DNA of 59,579 nt, the filler included, from Sphacelaria rigidula (Eukaryota): NCBI GenBank assembly GCA_964200075.2. It is 7 parts of 7 records of this genome, joined end to end, with 100 filler letters (N's around TTAATTAATTAA, not from the genome) between each part and the next. Parts side by side here need not be neighbours in the genome. Positions count along the whole stretch, not along the records: positions 42,630 to 51,054 come from CAXNAA020011181.1; positions 51,155 to 59,579 come from CAXNAA020011182.1; 5 more parts are not named here. The stretch is one strand, 5' to 3'. The translations under genes were made by a program, and so were the position numbers. The notes below the pieces were generated by a model. The model saw nothing but the letters and a program-made list of their open reading frames with translations. It was not told the origin of the DNA and ran no database searches. This document shows, in pieces, positions 50,430 through 59,579 of the stretch. Each line of letters opens with the position of its first letter. The stretch's first letter is position 1.

Positions 50430-50990
50430 GTGCTCATGATCATGCATGTCATACTGTAGTCATTAGACCATTGACCTCGCATCCCTACAAGCCGGGACGG
50501 AGCACACCGGGTTTTCGCCACACCAGGCCGCACTTAATCACCAAGCGCAAAGGGCCGCGGTATGTTCGGCAAGTCGCATGAAGGAGCGAGCTGCATCCTG
50601 CTGAGATTGTTCGGCCTGAAGCCTACTAATAATCTTACATTTGGATGACAGCCTACAATGACTTGCTTTATTTTCTGGTGTCGCCACTTTCACAGACAGC
50701 CACGGCTTATACGCTGCCTCGTGGGTGTCTCACCATCCGAACACGGCGTAGTACGATCATCCCCTTTGTGCGTAGTTGAGCTTCCCCCACGCGGCACAAC
50801 ATGATCTAGCTCGACCACCATCATGGCTACCACAAAAAAAAACGCAAGCACACAAAAAACCGGTAACCTGGTAGCCAAGCTGACGCAGTGAGTGGCGTGT
50901 TGTACAGTGTCATTGCCAACCGACGCCAACCCCGTCCGGGGTGCCCGCCCCTACAAAGCCGGGACGGAGCACGCCGGCTTCCCGTCGGAT
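50430..50990 (+). repeat. Repeat family member with the CTACAA(A)GCCGGGACGGAGCAC motif as a direct repeat
   Basis: The motif occurs at about 50483 and about 50949 in the same orientation; homologous to 8690-9002 and 16625-16950. Confidence 0.8.
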
Positions 50991-50996
50991 CAGGAT

Positions 50997-51031
<35 letters not shown>

Positions 51032-51694
51032 CCAACACACGGCCTGCGCCTCGCNNNNNNNNNNNNNNNNNNNNNNNNNNNNNNNNNNNNNNNNNNNNTT
51101 AATTAATTAANNNNNNNNNNNNNNNNNNNNNNNNNNNNNNNNNNNNNNNNNNNNTACTGATTATCTTGCAAGTGGATGGCAGCCAACAATGAGTTGCTTT
51201 ATTCTGTGGTATTGCCACTTCCAGAGACAGCCACAGCTATTACACTGCCTCATGGGTGTAGAAGGGGTGGGGGGCGGGGGGGGGGGAAACTTGTGCGTTA
51301 TGTGTTTGAGAGCGTGAGGTGGCTTTTCGAGATAAATCTAATATACTGTAAGGATTCAAGTGTTGTTGGCGTATCACTGGGATAGAGTAAAACAGAAAAG
51401 TGCGAGTGTCGAATCCCCACCGACTGAACATGATAAACTTGTGTAGGGTGGCCCGGTGTTCGTGCTCCTGAGCTGAACGCGACATGAACAAGCAATGCAG
51501 GCATGACGTCAGAAGCGGTGATGACAGAGACAGTATGAACTATGAATATTTGCATCCGGCATCATCATCTAACACTACGAGTTACGTTCAGTGGCAAAAC
51601 AGACGGCAACAAACTCAACGACGGGGGTGGGCAATGTACACAGGGTGTAAAAAACTATGCGGGTTGGAATACAACAAGCTGCAGGACGCCGTAC

Positions 51695-54600
51695 CCGCTA
51701 GGGGCAGATCTCCACGACCCGGTCGCCGGGGCTTCAGCAGCGGCAGCGGCAGCAGCAGCGGCAGCAACTGCAGCGGCAGTTTCTGCAGTAGTTGGGTCCT
51801 TCTTCTTGATGTTTACCACTCTGCAACGCGGAAACGAATCAAATAGAACAAATCGGTTCAAGATCGCGATTGATAAGCCCTAGTCACCACTTTTACTTTA
51901 ATATGTGCAAGTAACAACCGTTGAACACAGGGCTCGTTCATCGCTCGTCACCATCAGCTCCAGGCAAACGATTGCCCAGCGACATTCGACAGTCACGCCG
52001 ATGTAGCAAGGCGGGGGGGGCTACAGCAAGGCGCCCCAGATACGTAGGCATTTTTTTGTCGCACTTTGAACCCCTCTCCTTTCTCGGGACGAGTCCGTGG
52101 TCCCGATAAGTCATCCCATCTCTCCCCCAGTACACGCCTTGCATTTTGGTATCGCGGATTATGTCAGCACTCCCGCATCGCGTCAACTCACGTAAAAAAA
52201 ACTCAGTCCACTACTTTGTTTACTCACGTTCTCACGCTTTCCACGGTGGAAATCAGATATTATGAAGAAAAAACTCAACGTAATCAAACCCTCGTTCTCT
52301 CCACCCTAACGGCCAAAGTCGGATCATTACACCACCAGATCATGCGGATAAAAAAACCCTGTACTGTGCACAGTTTTGAGGTGAAGCCGCGAACTGTACA
52401 GCACTGTCCCATAGTCCTTTTCCCCACGTGAAACGCGTCACACCTGTCGCTCTCCTCCCATATCTGCCACTTGTCGATGCCCTGGATCTTTCCCTGTACG
52501 CCGATCAAGTCTTCTTCCAACTCATCTGATGCACTTTCTCCCTCTCCCGCGTACAACAGCATGTGTGTTTTGGTGTCCGACTTGTAGCGCATCACCTTAC
52601 AGGACAACGTAGTAGACCACCGGTCGTCGCGCAGTACGGAGCATAGCAGTTGAGACTCTCTCCACATTTGGGAAGTGCCACGTAAAGCAGATGTTTAGGC
52701 GATTCGACAAGTTCCGCGTTTATATAAACAGGTCTCGACTTCTGCTCGCTGCATCCAGAAGTGTTACGGTGCTTCATACTCGCCCTTTCACTTACGTGCC
52801 TTGCGCATTGTACCGTTCCACCTGTATGTATATATATATATATATATGTGTGTATGCATATCACTTCTCAATGCTGCATCACCTAGCGTGTGTGGCTGCC
52901 GCGAAAAAATCGGCGAATGCCGCGCGCTTGCTGCCGATTCTGCTTCTCACCTTTGTGTTTTTGTACGTCTTGTGTCACCCTACAAGTTCACGCTTTACAA
53001 CCCTCACCAATACCGATACGGGACACTACAAACCAAAGCATCCTGGAATCCAGCAGCACCTCAACTCAAACGGAAGCTAGTTAATAAGACTAGCGCTGAG
53101 ATTTACCGAGCGTAAATATACCTTTGCCTCGAAGAACGTGCAGTCTCCATCGAAGTACACCCTCACTTTCCTGCCTACCAGTCCCTCAGGGTTGGCATAC
53201 TCTTCTTCCTTTGGGGTGCGCCATACCCCCATCGCTGAAGCGCGCGCACGCCCTCGAGCAAAGGGTCCCCCACTGGTGTTATCCCCGTTGGGGTTGATTA
53301 TCTCAATCGTTCCCCTGCAAATGCAGAAGAGACTCAGTCAGGTCACTCCATGGAAGGTGAATTTGAAGCACAGTGCTTGCTACTCATGCTGGGTAAGAGC
53401 AACATTCTAGAGAAGACGCTATATTGTGAAGCTAGTTGGGCACCAACGATCAATTTGTTCGACGTGCATGAGATGGATCACCGGGAGGGCATTCCGGCAA
53501 ATGAACGAGCGCGCGATAAGGGCTATGCTGCAGCAATGACTACTACCGGTTACTAACGCTACTAGTGACTCTGTGACATGACCGGGAAGGGCATGCGCTG
53601 ACCTGCATGAAGGGGTGCCACAGAGACACTTAGTGTTCGTTCTCAGATGGTGCACCTCCCATTGATAGTCGAACGACAGCTCCTGTTCAAGCCAGACGGC
53701 ACGCAAGAGCGAATGAAAATAGTCAGAGCAATGTAACAAGTGAAATACAGCAGTTTGCAGCTGTAATAGGGATAATTTTGTAACTTTTTCATGGTTGTCA
53801 ATTTTCGATAGTGTTTTTGCACGCCACCGTTCATCGCAAATAATGTTTGGTCTCAATGTTTAGGGATGGGAAGATACTAGGTATCCGCTGAAAGACTTAC
53901 GGGTTGACTGGCTTTCGGGGGATCCTGCGATTATCCAGCCCCAGGTTTTGACCCCTGAGTGTTTATGCTCGGTTGAAGCAATCCCGATCGCTCCCGTGTT
54001 TTTTTTCATTAATTTCACCTACTTATTGCGCTAGAGCCGAAAAACTGTGTTTTTTTCATCAGTGACGGTCGATAACACTACCCTGATAAACAAGGCACTT
54101 ACTCCATATCATCCCAACAACACCAATTGAAGATTGTGTCCTGAGCACGACCTGCCTATTTTCTAAACATCTATCGACGCTAGGACTTTCGAGTGCTGAG
54201 GAAGAATACTACACGAGAAGGTCTAGAAGAGAACCCAACTACGAAAATTGCCCAACCGAGGTTTGCATAGCACAAGGGGAGTGAACAAATCCCGATCGCT
54301 CTAGTGAATAATGCTACACTTCATTCACTAAAAAAAATCACAGCTCTAGAGCCGAAAAGAAATGTGTTTCGGACGAAGAACGGCCAATAGCATCCCTGTC
54401 AACTTAGCCCTCAAGACGTTCAATATTGAGCGCAGAGATGATTCTGGTTTCGGAATGTGAAGCGGATGGCTGGTGGGTGCCTAGTGTCCCCCGCTCCCCA
54501 ATTTTTGAGGATCAAACGTTCAATGAGATGAGCGCTGGCACGTGGATAAACTATTGAGAACCGCCAACTGAAACATAATTACAAATATTCCCTAATTCAG

Positions 54601-57600
54601 CTGAAAAGTATTGTAGGTCAAGTACAGCAAAGACAGAGCTCAGCGATCTTGGGGAATCGGGAAAAGTGGTCTGATTGAAATGCAATCTGCACTACGGTTA
54701 TAGTGTCAGCGTGGTGCACGCTCTTGTTGTAATCGTCAAGTCGGCCTACCTCCCCGGCACTCATGTCCCTCAAGGCAAATACCGCGCATCGCGGTTGACC
54801 CATGGCCGTCCACTGTTCTAGGCGACAGGTGGGCTCGCACGAATGGTTGACGAAACGCGCGATGCCGCCCTTTCTCTTAGCATCCAGGTACCTGTCAATG
54901 TCACGTATGTGATGTGCGGTACGTGATGACGTGGTACAGCACAGCAATGGACGACACGACGCACAAAATCAGTTGGCAGACGCAAAAAAGGATAATGTTC
55001 GCCGAGAGGATGCGATATTGTCAACGCTGCGGGAAAAGTCGACATCCCCTGGTGACCGCTACATGGCAAGAAGACAACATGTCGTCTCCCCAGTCGATCA
55101 TGCACAGTGTCAAATTCACGAACAGCTTCCTGGCAGCTGGTAATTTAACAGCAACAGCCGCTGACCGAATGTTTTACTCAGACAAGTTAAACCAACCGCA
55201 ACGAAATGGTCTCACGTGTTGTCGCCGAGCATCATCATGTAAAGCTTCCGCGTACCAGCGCTGGAAAGCATCCGCTTGTTCAGCTCCTTCCGAGAGATGA
55301 TCTGTGCGTAATACCACAAGGAGAAGGTGGTCCGATAAGTCAAGTGAACAGCACAGCTTGTCACACTTGCATCTTGCTTGATTCTATTTCAGGCTCCATC
55401 TCAATTTGTACTTTCTTGTGTTCCCCCGACAAGTGCATCACTTGCTTCCCACGGTGAAGAGGGAATGAAAGCCAGCCTGTCATGGTCGCCTCACGTCCTC
55501 CGCAAATGCAGTTGTACCATCACAGAAAGTATGCTACAGTTGTATGTAACACGACTGCGCGATGATAGTATCGCTTCACCTTGCTTCGAAATATGAACTG
55601 CCGCAGACCTCTTCCAAAAAGGCGTGAGGTATCGCCCAACGTACGGTTCCTTCGCAAAACTCGCCACGTCTCACCTCCCCGACATACTCCATGATGAAGT
55701 CTCCCTTCTTCACCGGAGCCAGCAGCTTTAGACCCATGCCCTTGCCCTCAGCATTGAAAACTCTGACTTTGGCGTTTTCCCGTTTCTGAAACAGATTTAG
55801 GGGTGCACAGGTATGCGTCAAAAGGTTCGTGGCGGGCGCATCCGGAGATTAACAAATATCAACAGATGAGAAAAGGCGATTGCGTACTTCCAAGTACTGT
55901 GTTGCGGTGCATACATCTGACCCGTCAACACGCATTACACTTGCCTCGAATATAACCATAAAACTGTGTATCAGCGAAGACCAACAGACTATTTTAGTAA
56001 TACTCGCGTTCATATCTACCTCTCGGTTTCGTTACAGCGATTTCTCAGCCCCCCAAATGTACGCTGAACGCTATTACAAAACAGACCTGGATGCGCTGGT
56101 TTCGGCAGTTCGGGTGGCAATGGCCCTCAGGGCATTCTTGCATGGTCGCGAAGTTGTGGCAAGAGGCGTCGAAGCACGTGGGCATATTTGGACCGCCCAC
56201 GGGAGCACAGCCACACTCGTTGTCATCCATCTCCATGTCAGAGTCTGCACCTGCCAAACGATAAGTGGTGTGTTAGAAAAACAAGACGGGTATAAATCAG
56301 TCTCTCGGTCGCTGCCACATATGAGAGGTCATGTGGAAGTATACTATGGCGGTTTGTCTTGTGGTTGACACGAACACACCCCTAGATTTCAACGCCGAGA
56401 CGTGAGATGCTCTGGCACAACTCAGAACAGGAGTGGTCGGAGACAAACGGCAGAGTAAATATCGGAAGGAGACGAAAGAGTTTTGTCAAGGTTACCACAA
56501 GCCACGACCTGTCCGCCTGGGGCATGCTCATACATGCCTTGCGCAGTCATGACCGTCACCCGACACAACTCGTCAACCTGCAACATGAACAAATTATACG
56601 ACATCTTCAGCTCCTTTCCAAATCGAGCCTTCTATACATACAACTTGGCATGCTGAACAACCAATATGTAGACCAACAAGGCAAAACTCGGGAGGAAATC
56701 TACACCACTGCACTTGACTCACGGTAAAACTAACGGCACGAACTCCCCTGTCCTGATTTATTACAGCACCCCCCGCTCACCTCCCTGCGCAGATCCCCCG
56801 CTAGCAAAATCTTTGCTGCCCGGCCCCGGCACGTTTCCTTGCAAAAGCTCAAAGTCTTGCCAGGACTCCTTGCCCCAATTGGGGTCGGCCTTGAGACGCT
56901 CGTATACGGTCGGCGACAGGGAACGGTCACCGTCACTACGGTCACGGTCACTACGGTCACGGTTAGACCGCGAGTCCGACCTAGACCTAGATATTGAGGC
57001 CGACCTTGATCTCGATCTCGATCTTGAGCGGGAGCGTGAGCGAGGCCGTGATCTTGAGGGTGACCTCGATCTTGAGTCTCTTCTCCTGTTGTTGCTTCGA
57101 CCGCTGTTGGCGTGATCAGAGGACGGCATTCGCTTTACGCGGCCAGTGGCACGAGAGGAAGCAGGCGAAGCAGAGGACTGAGGGGACGACGCGCGGCGAC
57201 GGTCGTTGTTGTTATTATTGTCGTCGTTGTCGTCGTCGTCGTCGTCGTCGTCGTCGTTGTTGTTGTTGTTGTTGTTGGCGGTGGTGGTGGTGTCGTTGTT
57301 GTCGTCGTTGTTGCTGTTGCTGTTGATGTTGTCGCCGTCGTTGAAGTGGTAAGAGCGAGACGACGGACCGGCACTGCTAGTGCTATGGCTGCTGGAGGTT
57401 TGACTATTGTTGCCACTATTTTCATTTCCAACTGCTGACTGCCGAGAATGATGTCGATCATTGCGATCATCACCAGGGGCGATGTCACCGTCTCCGACAT
57501 CTTTCTCCTCCCTGGTGGTGACCTTCTTCAGCCTCTTATGGGAAGGGCTGCCGGTTGTATATGACAGCGGGTGCGGTTGTGAAGAGATGTTTAGAGGCGA

Positions 57601-58341
57601 AATCTTCGAAGGGGTTTTGTGCTAGTACTCCTGGTGAACACGGCCCACACAGCAGTATTTACTTACTGCCCATGTTGGTGTATTTAGTTATTCATGGGTA
57701 GCATATAGCGGCTGCGGGAACACCAACAACGACCTACGAGTGAGCCTAGAGGCACAGCAATCGCTTTTGCTTTGCCCGAACAAACGCATGCCATGCCATC
57801 TCTGTACTTTTGGCGCCCACGAGATCAGCCCAGGGGTGGAATGCACAGAGGCAAAACATAGAAGAGCCAGAGTCAAAGCGACAGCGACAGGAACAATGAT
57901 ACCGAAACAGATGGACAGAAATACACAGACACAGACGCGTACAAAGACAAACATCCACCCAGTCACAAGACACAGACACATGAGGCACACAGTGGGACAG
58001 AAACACGAAATACACACGAACAAGGATGCACAGCACACACCCCGGGATTTCAAAATGTAGGCGCGTTCAAAAAATTCCAATCATGCAGAACTCAGAAATG
58101 TGCACGAGTACAAATCAGGCGTAATTATACCTCGGTCGGCGTGTGAGACGAATTCAGAAAAGAGTTTAGACATCTGCCAACCTCGACCGTAATCCTGTGT
58201 CGTGGCTTGCCTTTCATTCTTGGCACGGTCATCATCGCTGTCCATTAGGGTGTCGTTATCGTTATCCTCGCGTACTGCTGGCGGTGGTGGTGACCTTGAT
58301 TTAGACCTGGACGTCTCCTCAGATGCAGACGAGTCGCCCAT
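51695..58341 (-). CDS. SET-domain histone lysine methyltransferase (SET2/ASH1/NSD class; RS-rich N-terminus, AWS, SET, post-SET, Tudor-like), 3'-incomplete. Exons: 58341-58211, 57547-56781, 56250-56087, 55785-55675, 55301-55216, 54891-54750, 53682-53603, 53314-53122, 52595-52444, 51820-51695
   Basis: All splice phases are consistent. AWS: CHNFATMQECPEGHCHPNCRNQRIQ. SET: GKGMGL...FIMEYVGE, YLDA..KGGIARFVNHSCEP, ELSFDYQ. Post-SET: CLCGTPSCRG. Tudor-like: LVGRKVRVYFDGDCTFFEAKVMRY. Confidence 0.92.
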
Positions 58342-58903
58342 GGCCTCACAACGGTACGGTAGTACCGACAGTGAAAAATCCTATTCCCCTCCCCTTTTAT
58401 TTCAGGAATGGTCCGTCGATGTATCCGTCGACTCTCCTCGGCCCCTGCAAGACGCTCGGGTAGCGCCGACAGCACTCACGCTGCCTAGGACCCTTGAGGA
58501 CTAAAACTTTCCAACTACACACAACGCGTTTCGCCTGCAGGAAGAGGCTAGCGCTACGCATATTGGTCATACTTTTCAATGACAAGTCATACCTCAGTAC
58601 CAAACTTAGTACACGGTCCATGTTCCTTGTGGACATCGCTTTGTTGCGCGCGATTCAGATGGTATGATAGATTCGCTACTAGCTCGACTTTTGAAAGATT
58701 CGTCATTTCTGCATGAGTAGATGCAGCTATTGGACCACTCTGCGCGGAAGGTTGTGGATGTGGAATGCTGTGAGATCAACGGGACTCGACAAATTCAAAG
58801 TCTATGGTCATGGAGTAAAAACTTGGGGGTACATACAACCACGCGGAACGCTTCAAATGAAGCTGTTGGGCGCATGGTGCCGCGGAATTGCGACCGATTG
58901 TAG

Positions 58904-59254
58904 AGCCCCAATGGTGAACTAGCTACGCAGCTCATGAAGGATGCCAAGCGGGCAGCAGCAATACGAGAATATCAGAAGTACCGCACAGAGGTCAGGAGTA
59001 AAAACAAACGGCAGCGATCCTTCAAGGCACAGGAGCAAGCAAACGACGGCAGTAGTGCCATGCTTCTCGGGGAGCGAGGTCGACAAGGACAGAGTATCCC
59101 TGAAGGAGATCTCCGCCTTGATGTGGCATCCTGTCTGACCCAAAACGAGGCTGAAATATTCGGCGTGATGCTAGAAGCCGTCCATATGTCCAAGGCAGGC
59201 ACCGTGGTGCGAGTCGCTGGGGGCTGGGTGCGGGACAAATTGCTGGGACTCCAG
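58904..59254 (+). CDS. CCA1: tRNA nucleotidyltransferase (CCA-adding enzyme, class II), 5' exon
   Basis: LTQNEAEIFGVML...TVVRVAGGWVRDKLLG is the fungal/plant-type CCA enzyme head motif; donor cag/gtgaaa at 59254. The start is either ATG 58934 or an acceptor at 58903. Confidence 0.88.
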
Positions 59255-59579
59255 GTGAAATTCAAAACAAACCTCTCGTGCGCGTTATCCCTCTCTGTTA
59301 CAGCGACCGTCAAGACAAGGTCGTGTGTCGTGTAAAGAAGCTTATGTTTCGTGATGTTTAATGTCTACCTCGTGGTGGTCACGTACGAGGAAAGTCTAGT
59401 CTACAGTCTACATCACGGACTGCAGCTTTTGTGAAAAATGGATGCCTTTGCACTTATTTACTCCTGGGAAGAAAAAAAATCAAAATGCCCAGGAGGACAC
59501 GAGTATGTGTACGAGCTGGGCCAGCCCAGAAACGGATTTTACCTGGCAGAGCAATATCTCATCACCGGAAACGAATTGG

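Noticed and set aside
56714-57500. Plus-strand DL-repeat and poly-Val ORFs, and the minus-strand poly-Thr ORF
   Set aside because: Antisense or off-frame shadows of SET exon 2.
9279-59254. Functional cluster of PFKFB, zinc-finger, SRPRA, SET and CCA genes; or any CRISPR or prokaryotic system
   Set aside because: The genes lie on unrelated concatenated contigs (only SET and CCA share one), and no repeat-spacer array or operon is seen.

Overview
Eukaryotic, intron-rich DNA. Gene style and repeats suggest a brown alga (Phaeophyceae, stramenopile); this is inference. The window is not a contiguous locus: it is seven contigs of 8426 or 8425 bp, joined by artificial 100-nt N spacers carrying TTAATTAATTAA, so neighbourhood across spacers is meaningless. 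Five host gene fragments are supported by frame-consistent or motif-bearing exons: a 6-phosphofructo-2-kinase/fructose-2,6-bisphosphatase (5 exons), a Gly/RGG-rich RanBP2-type zinc-finger protein (2 exons), the SRP receptor alpha first exon, a 10-exon RS-rich AWS-SET-postSET-Tudor-like methyltransferase, and, head-to-head with it, a CCA-adding enzyme exon. The rest is mostly transposon-derived: two decayed Ty3/Gypsy elements, a tRNA-derived SINE, a hAT-type MITE, a foldback MITE and several unclassified repeats. The most novel-looking object is a pair of diverged, decayed elements at about 27.0-32.8 kb. They encode an XPG/FEN1-like nuclease plus a Cys8 finger (AcademX-like) followed by a possible Ulp1-like cysteine protease remnant.
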